15,179 nucleotides of DNA, taken from positions 1 to 15,179 of the forward strand of contig BAAFSQ010000239.1 in the NCBI GenBank assembly GCA_054661495.1. Reading direction: 5' to 3'. This document shows positions 1 to 8,256 of the stretch, piece after piece (positions within the stretch are counted from its first letter, which is position 1; every line of letters begins with the position of its first letter). The notes under the pieces were generated by a model. That model searched no databases, was not told where the DNA came from, and saw only the letters and a list, made by a program, of their open reading frames with translations. Source of the stretch: Zygophlyctis sp. KS116 (lineage: Eukaryota > Fungi > Chytridiomycota). A program made the position numbers and the translations under genes.

Positions 1-241
1 TTTCGTCTTTGGTGGAGTTTTTCTTTTCCGAATTGTGCTTTTCGTTTTTTTTCTTATCGACGTTCCCAGCATCTTGTTTCTGTTCTGTGTTGATCACCGA
101 TGAATTTGCCCCAGGGTAGGTGATCTTCCCATCCGAGGATAATTTGCTGTTTACAGGAACACTGCCGGTTGTGGGAGCTGATTGTACAAAATTTTTAAGC
201 AAAGTTATGATAATAAACTGTAATCCAATTGAAAGTTTCAT
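1..241 (-). CDS. Secreted protein of unknown function, 5' part only (runs off the left edge)
   Basis: Not in the ORF track. ATG at 241 on the minus strand, open to base 1: MKLSIGLQFIIITLLKNFVQSAPTTGSVPVNSKLSSDGKITYPGANSSVINTEQKQDAGNVDKKKNEKHNSEKKNSTKDE. Signal-peptide-like start (MK, hydrophobic core, VQS|AP). Divergent from URA3 with a 137-bp gap. Confidence 0.75.
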   Translation of the reverse strand, partial: MKLSIGLQFIIITLLKNFVQSAPTTGSVPVNSKLSSDGKITYPGANSSVINTEQKQDAGNVDKKKNEKHNSEKKNSTKDE

Positions 242-378
242 TGTATTTTTTAAAGGTATTGCGGCATGAGAAATCTATAAATAGACCAATACGGTCTTGC
301 GGCAGCTTGATTAGCTGCGGATCAGCAGAGTACATCAGTAGTGTTTAAACCTCTTGATTTAACCCTTCCTGAGGACCG

Positions 379-1167
379 ATGAAGAGTTACAAGGAACGAG
401 CAGCTGATGCATCTAATCCAACGGCGAAGACTCTTTTGGAACTTGTTGAAAGAAAAAAATCCAATCTCTGCATTTCTGCTGATCTGATTAAAGCACAAGA
501 TGTTTTGAATCTTGCTGAGAAATGTGGGCCTTATATAGCTGTTTTAAAAACTCATATTGATATTTTACAGGATTTTACTCCTCAGTTCACAAAAAAACTA
601 TCTGATCTCTCTAAAAAATATGATTTTATGATTTTTGAAGATCGTAAATTTGCAGATATTGGAAATACTGTAAAGCTGCAATACTCTTCTGGCATTTATA
701 ATATATCCTCTTGGTCTGATTTCACCAATGCACATGTTCTACCCGGTGAAGGAATCATTCAAGGTCTTTGTGAAATTGGAATGCCTTTAGGTAGGGGTCT
801 TTTATTATTAGCAGAAATGTCTTCAAAGGGAAATTTATTGACTCCAGATTATGCTAAAAAGACTGTTGAAATGGCAATCAACTATTCTGATTTTGTTTTT
901 GGGTTTGTAGGACAGCATAGATTAGATCATCCTAATCATGATTTCGTGTACTTTTCTCCTGGTGTACAATTGGAAAGTTTAAATGACTCTTTAGGACAGC
1001 AGTATCGAACCCCAAGACAAGTGATCTTAGAGTCTGGAAGTGATATTATAATTGTTGGAAGAGGAATTTATGAGCACCAATCTAAAATGGAAGAAATGGC
1101 AAAAATCTATCAAAAAGCAGGATGGGATGCGTATTTAGAAAGATGTAATTTGATTTTATTGTCCTAG
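379..1167 (+). CDS. URA3: Orotidine-5'-phosphate decarboxylase (fungal monofunctional type), intronless, 262 aa
   Basis: LKTHIDI, FEDRKFADIGNT (catalytic DxKxxD), RGLLLLAEMSSKG, LGQQYRTP, IIVGRGI and AGWDAYL motifs. Confidence 0.98.
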   Translation: MKSYKERAADASNPTAKTLLELVERKKSNLCISADLIKAQDVLNLAEKCGPYIAVLKTHIDILQDFTPQFTKKLSDLSKKYDFMIFEDRKFADIGNTVKLQYSSGIYNISSWSDFTNAHVLPGEGIIQGLCEIGMPLGRGLLLLAEMSSKGNLLTPDYAKKTVEMAINYSDFVFGFVGQHRLDHPNHDFVYFSPGVQLESLNDSLGQQYRTPRQVILESGSDIIIVGRGIYEHQSKMEEMAKIYQKAGWDAYLERCNLILLS

Positions 1168-2026
1168 AATATCTCCCAATTCTTCACTTCTCGCAATAGC
1201 AGCTTCTATACCCTTTGCAAAGACATGATCTATCTCTAGACTTAACATTTTATCTATTCCTGCTTGAGTGGTTCCATTTGGAGATGTCACCTTTCTCCTA
1301 AATTCTTCTGGTGTATCTTGTTCATTAGCGATCAACATACTCCCAGCTCCTAAACATGTCTGAGAAGCTAATCCTCTTGCAACCTCATACGGCAGTCCTC
1401 TTTCTACCCCAACTTTGGTCAAAATCTGTACAAGCAAAAAGAAATACGCAGGACCAGATCCTGAAATTCCAGTTACTACATCTAAATTTTTTAATATATA
1501 AAATAAAAATACCAATCAGACCTTCATTCTCTAACCAATAAGTTTTTTTAGAAATTGATTCCATAATCTCAAATGCCCAATTCTTTTGTTGATCAGAGAC
1601 TGTTGGAGACGCATAAAGTCCTGATGCACCCTGATTCAAAAGTGCCGGAGTATTTGGCATGACTCTAACAACTGCTAATTTATTGTCTAGTCCACCTGAA
1701 GCCCATTTAATAATATCTTTAATTTGAATTCCAGCAACAATCGATAAAATCAATGGATTTTTTTCTACTAAACTAGATGCCAAAGGCTCAAGAACAGCCT
1801 TTAAGATTTGAGGTTTTACAGCTAATACTAACACATCCAATTTCCCATTTTTGATCAATTCCAGATTATCAGAAATCACAGTTGCGGTAGGAAAGAGATC
1901 TGAAAGACGTTTTACAGATTCCGGCATCGGCTCTGAGATCCAAATAGAATGATTTTTTTCTAGACCAGTAACCATTGCAGATCCCATATTCCCGCCTCCA
2001 ATAAATCCAATCGTTAGTTTGTCCAT
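1156..2026 (-). CDS. PRO3: Pyrroline-5-carboxylate reductase, 2 exons (2026-1513, 1481-1156), 279 aa
   Basis: IGFIGGGNMG, LAVKPQ, SIVAG, VRVMPNTP, SGSGPAY and VTSPNGTT motifs. A 31-nt GT-AG intron at 1512-1482 joins ENEGLI-DVVTG in frame. Confidence 0.96.
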
Positions 2027-2040
2027 TTCAACTAATAGGC

Positions 2041-2077
2041 AGAGGTTTGAATTCTAGGAGAGGTGCCACAAATGACT
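2041..2077 (+). repeat. Direct repeat, left copy (pairs with 3048-3104)
   Basis: 2053-2077 TCTAGGAGAGGTGCCACAAATGACT vs 3080-3104 TCTAGGAAAGGTGCCACAAATGACT (24/25). 2041-2052 AGAGGTTTGAAT vs 3048-3059 AGAGGTTGGAAT (11/12). Confidence 0.9.
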
Positions 2078-2243
2078 TTTGATTTGCTTTCAATCTGCAT
2101 GTCAATATATTTCATATGAAATTAATCAAAGATTTGAGACTCGGCTAGCGTTGTTCCAGATTAAGCATGAAGAGATTTTAGATCATTAATCGACAGTTTG
2201 CACTTTTCAACAATTAATGCATGCATTCAACCGCCTCTTCTGC

Positions 2244-2251
2244 TATATAAA
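2244..2251 (+). promoter_or_regulatory. Candidate TATA box (TATATAAA) for the 2340 ORF
   Basis: Consensus TATA about 90 bp upstream of ATG 2340, preceded by CCGCCTCT. The AT-rich background lowers specificity. Confidence 0.35.
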
Positions 2252-2339
2252 CCTTTGTTTGAGGCAGGTAACTGTCAACTTAGATTCAGGGACCTGATTT
2301 GACCGGGGAGCATAACGAATTCTAACGGTTAGGAATGGC

Positions 2340-2948
2340 ATGGATGAAAATAATATTTCTTGTTTTCCAGTCAAAGGCCATTACTACTGTCCTCAAAAAA
2401 AAGAAAAGAAATGTAAGAAGACGAAAAAAGGTCGATCTAATAGCACTTTTGCAAAGTTCGCTGAAGTAAAAGCGCATTTCAAAGAATGCTCTGGCACAGA
2501 TGTCAATCTTATTGCAATTACGACAAATAAAGAGTTTGAAGAGGATGCTGAAATAGTTATTTCTTATTTAAGCCATGCTAGACTTTACAAATGTGGAGAT
2601 CCTGATTGTGGAAAGGAAATGAAGCAATTCCGGAATGCCATTGATCATGGACAAATTAAACATGATGGGAAATCTTTTCATGTCCAGGAACTCGCTACGG
2701 GTGCTGCCTCTGAATATTATGGGAAAATAATCAAGAACCCATTTCATGAACAAATTAAACTATCAGAAGAAAGAGCCAGACTTAAATTGGCTACAGTAGA
2801 AGCGAGAAAAAAAAAGCTAGAAGAAGATGCTGAAAAAATGGAGGATATTAATCAGTTTCTAATGAATCGAAATCTTAAAAGGAGTTCTACTATAGAAAGT
2901 GATTTGTCTGATTGGACAGACGCGTCTTCACTCGTGTCTATAGAGTAA
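2340..2948 (+). CDS. Intronless orphan protein with a C2H2 zinc finger and C-terminal coiled coil, 202 aa
   Basis: YKCGDPDCGKEMKQFRNAIDHGQIKH fits C-x4-C-x12-H-x4-H. A possible degenerate C2HC finger near the N-terminus (CPQKKEKKC...HFKEC) contains an NLS-like Lys tract. Charged helical stretch EERARLKLATVEARKKKLEEDAEK. Confidence 0.7.
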   Translation: MDENNISCFPVKGHYYCPQKKEKKCKKTKKGRSNSTFAKFAEVKAHFKECSGTDVNLIAITTNKEFEEDAEIVISYLSHARLYKCGDPDCGKEMKQFRNAIDHGQIKHDGKSFHVQELATGAASEYYGKIIKNPFHEQIKLSEERARLKLATVEARKKKLEEDAEKMEDINQFLMNRNLKRSSTIESDLSDWTDASSLVSIE

Positions 2949-3047
2949 ATAATTTTAATTTTTTACATTCTTTACTTAATTCCATCTATTGGCATTTATT
3001 CATGACTCTTTCAAGATTGGGGTGTGAGATGGAGTGAGGGATTTTCA

Positions 3048-3104
3048 AGAGGTTGGAATATCTTTGAGACTAGAGGCGGTCTAGGAAAGGTGCCACAAAT
3101 GACT
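3048..3104 (+). repeat. Direct repeat, right copy; contains the start codon (3099) of the CS/SEL1 gene
   Basis: Matches 2041-2077 except for 2 substitutions and a 20-nt extra segment (3060-3079). Confidence 0.9.
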
Positions 3105-4496
3105 GCAACTTGTGTTTCTAAATGGGGATATCATCTTAACCAGAGCCTAGAGTCATTCAGCATTATTTTTGACAAATTAGATCCTGAAGTAAATTCTAAT
3201 GATATACAGGTTACATGTACTCAGAATGGACTGTTAATTACTTTGAAAGAAATGATTCTCATAAAGGTATGATCATTGGTTGTCATTGTAATCATTAGGG
3301 TACAACATTTGGATCAATAGTTCCTGATTCTTGCACTTGGCTATTAGAGTCGCCAAATTCAGTCTATAAGCAATTATCAGTTTTTATAGACAAGGAAGAA
3401 GGAAATACTTGGCCGATTCTAATAAAATCTGGTTTAATGTCTGCACAACCATCAGAATTAGATCCGCATTCACTCTATATTTTAGCAAGCTCGGTTTTGG
3501 GTCATGATGCAAATACGGCATTCAAGTTATTCAAGTATGCAGCTGATCATGATGATATATCAGCATTACTGAAATTAGGGGCTTGGTATCATTTTGGGAA
3601 AGAAGGTGATTTTCATTTAATTAAACATTAGAAGTTCCAGATGTGATTCCAGTAGAAAAAAATGCAAAAGAGGCATTAAAGTATCATACAGCAGCTGCTA
3701 GGCTTGGTTCAGCTGAAGCATGTTACTTTTTAATGTCGTCAAATATTCATGGTTCTAATGGATCTAGTAAATCTTTTTCAGATGCTGTTGAATGGGGTTT
3801 AATGGGTTTATTACAACCATTATTAAAGGAAGAACTACCCGATATTTATATTCAATTAAATTGGGAATTAGGACTTTTGTATAGTATTTTAAATTCAAGG
3901 TTTTAATTATTTTAGTGGAAGGTGGGTATGGATTGGGTGATCCAGCTCCTGATATCTCTTTGAAATATTGGAAATTATCTTCAGATGCAGGTCATGCACA
4001 TTCAATATGGAATTCAGGTATTTTCTATTTTAATGGATTTGGAACAAACCAAGATATTGTTAAAGGATTACAAATGATACAAAATGGGATGGAACTGAAT
4101 CCAGACTTGAAATTTCCACCGCAATTATCTGATATGAATCAAAAACAAATTGACATCTTGATAAAGTTGGTGAGTAAATCTCAAAAAGAAGATCAATTTT
4201 TAGATATTGATCAGCTGGAACAGTTAATCAAGATGGCAAAAGATCCACAAGTAATTGCAATGAATCCTCGAATCTTCAAGAGATTAGTAGAAATTACTCA
4301 AAAAAGTTTGTTCGAGAATAAGCTGAATGCAGAGGTGGTTGTTTCATTAGCATTACAAAGTTCTCAAAGTAGAAAGTCTGATCTTTCTATGGATACTAAA
4401 GGATATTCTTTTGCATCATCTCCTGCTCTTTGGATTGGTGTTCCAATTGTGCTTATTGGTTTTTATACGCTTGCAAAGAATAGAAGGTGGATTTGA
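3099..4496 (+). CDS. CS (p23/NudC-like) domain + SEL1-like repeats + C-terminal tail anchor; 4 exons (3099-3266, 3299-3605, 3632-3883, 3916-4496), 435 aa
   Basis: Introns 3267-3298 (32 nt), 3606-3631 (26) and 3884-3915 (32) join four ORF pieces in frame. IKGTTFGSIVPDSCTW...VFIDKEEGNTWPILI is a CS-domain signature. AFKLFKYAA..ALLKLGAWYHFG, ALKYHTAAARLGSAEA and YWKLSSDAGHAHSIWNSGIFYFNGFGTNQD are SEL1-like. Ends with ALWIGVPIVLIGFYTLAKNRRWI (TM helix plus short basic tail). Confidence 0.85.
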
Positions 4497-4510
4497 AACT
4501 TTCCGATCAA

Positions 4511-6272
4511 ATGAATTTCATTATTTTCCTTTATTTCCTTCTAGAATTCGCATCTGCTGAGATTCCTGCATGGAAGCGAAAGAATTCTAAATGGCCATTT
4601 GTGAATCTCCCAACTCCAAAAGTGGTGCCGATCAGTTATATTGATGATAGCCTTGCTTATCGTGATAAGTTAGGACGGGAACGATATTTTAGAGGATTAA
4701 ATGTTGTTTATAAGGGGCCGCCATATCATCCAATGACAGATGAGTATGATCGCAGGTATTCTTTTAATAAGGACGATATTGAATTTCTTGCTTTTCTAAA
4801 TGTCAACGTAATAAGGTTGGGCGTAATGTGGCCTGGAGTCGAACCTGACCGAGGAGTTTATAATCTTACATATATACAACAAATCAAAAAAATCTTTGAT
4901 ATGTGTCTCGAAAAGGTATGGAATCATTATTAAATCCTAGGGAATTTACATAATCATCGATTTTCATCAGGATGATTTGTCCGAAAAATATTGTGGGGAA
5001 GGAGTGCCATTATGGGCTGCTGATTCAAGTGGGGGTAAGTATCACAATTTTTACAGTTAGCGTACTTGCCACTAATTCATCCTACGAGATATAAATTTCG
5101 TAAGCTAACTTTGCCTCATTAAATAGCGTTTCCATTCAGTTTTAAACCATACTCAAACTTATCAAAGGAAGGAATTCCTCTAGGTATTTTATAGATTTTT
5201 ATTTGCAGAGAGCGATTGTGCCAAGATGGATTGGCCGTACTATCAATTGACAGTAGAAGGCGCAAGGGCTTATCAGAATCTATATGACAATTATAATGGA
5301 ATCAGAGATTCATGGGCAGCCTACTGGGCAAAATTGGCTCTGGAATTTTCATCATATGAGAATCTTTTAGGATATGATTTAATGAATGAGCCATTTGCTG
5401 GGGATATTTATCGTAACCCATTTTTACTTTTACCAGGTTTTGCTGATCGTATAAATCTACAGCCATTTTTTGAAGAAGCTGCTCGAGCTATAAGAAGATT
5501 TGATGACAAGACAATTATAATGATTTCTGGAATTACATGGGATAATTTCAACTATGGATTTACTGATGTACCGGGTGGTCAAGATTATAGTAATAGAACT
5601 GTGATATCATATCACTATTATCCTGCTGGGCCTAATCTATTCTCAAGTGGATTCCACTTTCGCCAAAGGTTATCTGATGCCAAAAAATTGAAATGCGGTC
5701 TTTTTCTAAGTGAATTTGATGGCCCAAAGTAATTTCAATTTTCTAAAATTTAGTACGATCGGAAGAACTTGGGATGTTATAGAAGTGGCAGATAAATATA
5801 AGCAAAGGTACTTTATTTATTTGATGATTGAAGCTGGTCCACATGGCAATATAAACCCTTTTATCCCATCACTGGAGCTGGAGATGAATTACTAGATCAA
5901 TTTACAGGAGACTTACGCTGGGACAGAGTTAGATTTTATTCCAGGACATTTCCTCACGCGATTCAAGGTCATATCATTCAATATTCTACATTTCATAATC
6001 GCACATCTGGTAGTTTTAGTATGCGTTTTTCTGCCAATACAGAATCCCAAGGCCCTACTGAAATTAGAGTAAATCCAAAGTATTTATTATATTATGAATT
6101 AACTTAAAGGATCTGGTATCCCAAAGGTCTTGTCATCAATTTAATACCATCTTCCAAAGCATTTGCATATTATGATCCATCGGTTAATGAAAACCAGATC
6201 TTGCTATACTTTACTGAAAATACCCGGACAGGAGATGAAATATATGTAGAAATACTCCCAAAGAATGCATAA
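4511..6272 (+). CDS. Secreted GH5 endoglycoceramidase-like glycoside hydrolase; 8 exons (4511-4915, 4941-5034, 5061-5099, 5127-5183, 5209-5728, 5754-5807, 5834-6079, 6110-6272), 525 aa
   Basis: Signal peptide MNFIIFLYFLLEFASA. Motifs GRERYFRGLNVVYKGPP, NVIRLGVMWPGVEP, GIYIIIDFHQD, CGEGVPLW, GYDLMNEP (acid/base), SYHYY, FLSEF (nucleophile), SWSTWQYK and RTFPHAIQG (start of the C-terminal beta domain). Seven GT-AG introns of 25, 26, 27, 25, 25, 26 and 30 nt keep the frame. Confidence 0.9.
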
Positions 6273-6342
6273 TAATAGATCATTTTATAAGATGATGTCC
6301 GACCGGTCCTTGGAAAGCAAAGGGCGAGGCTCTGTTTTAGTT

Positions 6343-6945
6343 ATGGAGCTTAAGTCTGCATCATCTGATTGGGAATGGAGGCCTCAGAAGAGAAAAGCAT
6401 TTGATGATGTTGAGCTGCGATATAGCAAAATCTCAAAAGTAGAGTCTGACGAAATACTCAAAGAGAATAAGATTCAATGTTGGTATTCACCCCGATGCAC
6501 ATCACTCTCTGCATTTTCATCGTTTATGGAATATGAAGAGCATTACAAATCTTATCATGAAAATCTATGTTCTCAATGCAATTATGTTTTGCCTACTTTG
6601 CATTTATTGCATCTTCACTTGCTGGAAAAGCATGATTCGTTCTTTGCTACAAAGTGCGTCACAACCAAATGTTATGAATGTTTTGTTGAAGATTGTAAAA
6701 AGAAATTTAGAAACTCAAAGGATCGGATCAGACATTTGATTAATGCACACAAGTTTCCCCCAAATTTTGATTTTAATGTCATCAAAGGTCTTAAATTACA
6801 AATTTCAGGCAATCAAATCCAGGAATCTCGAAAAGAAATTATCAACTCAAATGATATAGATCAAGATTTAAGTAGTTTCTTTTCTAAATTATCTATTCCC
6901 AGATCAGTACAACTTTTAAAGAACAAGACAAAAACTGCCAGTTAA
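6343..6945 (+). CDS. ZNF511-like C2H2 zinc-finger protein, about 200 aa (start could be an upstream in-frame ATG at 6265/6292/6295)
   Basis: Three fingers: CWYSPRC..YEEHYKSYH, CSQC..LHLHLLEKHDSFF, YECFVEDCKKKF..RIRHLINAHKFPPNFDF. The EKHDSFF and HKFPxNFxF tails are typical of the ZNF511 family. Confidence 0.85.
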   Translation: MELKSASSDWEWRPQKRKAFDDVELRYSKISKVESDEILKENKIQCWYSPRCTSLSAFSSFMEYEEHYKSYHENLCSQCNYVLPTLHLLHLHLLEKHDSFFATKCVTTKCYECFVEDCKKKFRNSKDRIRHLINAHKFPPNFDFNVIKGLKLQISGNQIQESRKEIINSNDIDQDLSSFFSKLSIPRSVQLLKNKTKTAS

Positions 6946-6947
6946 TT

Positions 6948-8256
6948 CTAAATTTCAGGTATTAGGATATATGTAGTCTTTCTATAATCCCGGTATTCTT
7001 TGCCAAAAAAGTCAATTAAAGCAGTTTCTTCAGTTACGATTCTATCTGAAAAAAACTTTGAAAGAATTTTGATATAAGCGACCAAACACAAAGGATTCAT
7101 TAAGATTATTTGTAATGCTATAGCCCAATAAAAAAACCCAGTATATGACGGATGACGAAAATACTTGTAAATTCCAGTTTTAACCAATTCGTGTCCTGAA
7201 ACTTTTGTGATTCGAACAAGATGAGTAAAATTAGATTTTGCAGTTAACATTGCTAATGAACGGATGAATTGTCCCAATAAACATAAAACTATTGCTACAT
7301 TTGTCATCCAATTCCAAGATTTAAGAGAAGGAAATAAATACCATTCAATTGCATATTCTAAAAGACTTGCAAATGTTGCAAAAGTATATTCAGGACTATG
7401 ATTTAGCAAGAATGCAGATAATGTGACTTGAGTAGAATTTACAGCAATACAAACATATTCCAAAAAATGAAAAATGGATAGAAACGCAATATAAACTCCC
7501 AATCCTTTTAAAGATGTTAAGACCGACATTACAATTCCTAATCCAGTAAAAAGACCCAAGAAAGAAGCTCTATGAAAAACACTCTGTCTTGTATGATCAA
7601 AAGATATCAATGTCATATTTTGAACAGGAATAGTAAGCTTTGGAACCGCTTCAACCAATATTTGATCAGAGAGTAGTAACCATAAGAAATACAACCCAGA
7701 AAATACTCCATTCAATATCAAACAATGTCCAATCCAACCTAAAAAAGTAATCTTAATTAATAAAGAATTCAATTGTACTTGATCCCTGATTACATTTTCC
7801 AAGTCTGTTCTTTTCAGGTATTTCTTTGTCTGAAATGATAGATATTCCATACAATATACAACTGAACGCAAGATTATTGACATTATAACAAGAACGATCC
7901 CAGTCTTCTTTAATGGAATGTTACGCCAGTATAATCCTTCCAGTAATGCAACAAAAATAAGATAATTCCGGTTCAAAGGTTCCATTAAGCCTTGAATTTA
8001 GAAGATCAAATATCAACTTACAAGACAAATCAGTTGATTTCGGGTCTCGGGCGGTGCAGAGAGTATAATGAAGAAATATCTCAAAACAGAGCAAGAGTCC
8101 AGAGAGTGCGATATCAGAATTTACAATTCGATGTATTCCAATAGCGCTCCCAAGTAATATTCCAAGTCCCCAACCGACGGACGCAGTCCATGCAGGCAAC
8201 ATAGGATTTGTGCAAGGTTGAGAGTCACTAATAATTGCAGAAGAAAATGATTTCAT
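6948..8256 (-). CDS. STE14: Isoprenylcysteine carboxyl methyltransferase with an N-terminal degenerate ICMT-like domain; 2 exons (8256-8022, 7990-6948), 425 aa
   Basis: The C-terminal 222 aa (from Met at 7616) carry FHFLEY, FLLNHSPEY, GQFIRSLAM, NFTHLV, HELVKTGIYKYFRHPSYTGFF and FFSDRIVTEE..LIDFFGKEY. A 31-nt intron 8021-7991 (GTAAGT...CAAG) joins the 7921..8256 ORF in frame. There is no stop between the two halves. Confidence 0.9.

Noticed and set aside
1356-1541. Plus-strand 61-aa ORF
   Set aside because: Antisense shadow of PRO3 spanning its intron; no motif.
2065-2073. Ndt80/MSE-like site GCCACAAAT in both repeat copies
   Set aside because: A short match that overlaps the start codon context; duplication alone explains the two copies.
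2268-2289. Possible 5' UTR intron GTAACT...TTCAG
   Set aside because: 22 nt is below the supported size range, and there is no reading-frame evidence to test it.
2568-2753. Minus-strand 61-aa ORF
   Set aside because: Antisense shadow of the zinc-finger ORF.
3024-3098. GTG-initiated N-terminal extension of the CS/SEL1 gene (likewise the GTG/TTG starts at 3643, 3915, 4487, 10777, 11847 and 13059)
   Set aside because: Artefacts of bacterial-style ORF calling. These are upstream sequence or internal exons, and ATG starts exist.
6533-6739. Cys-rich 68-aa alternative-frame ORF
   Set aside because: Out-of-frame overlap within the ZNF511-like CDS; no independent support.
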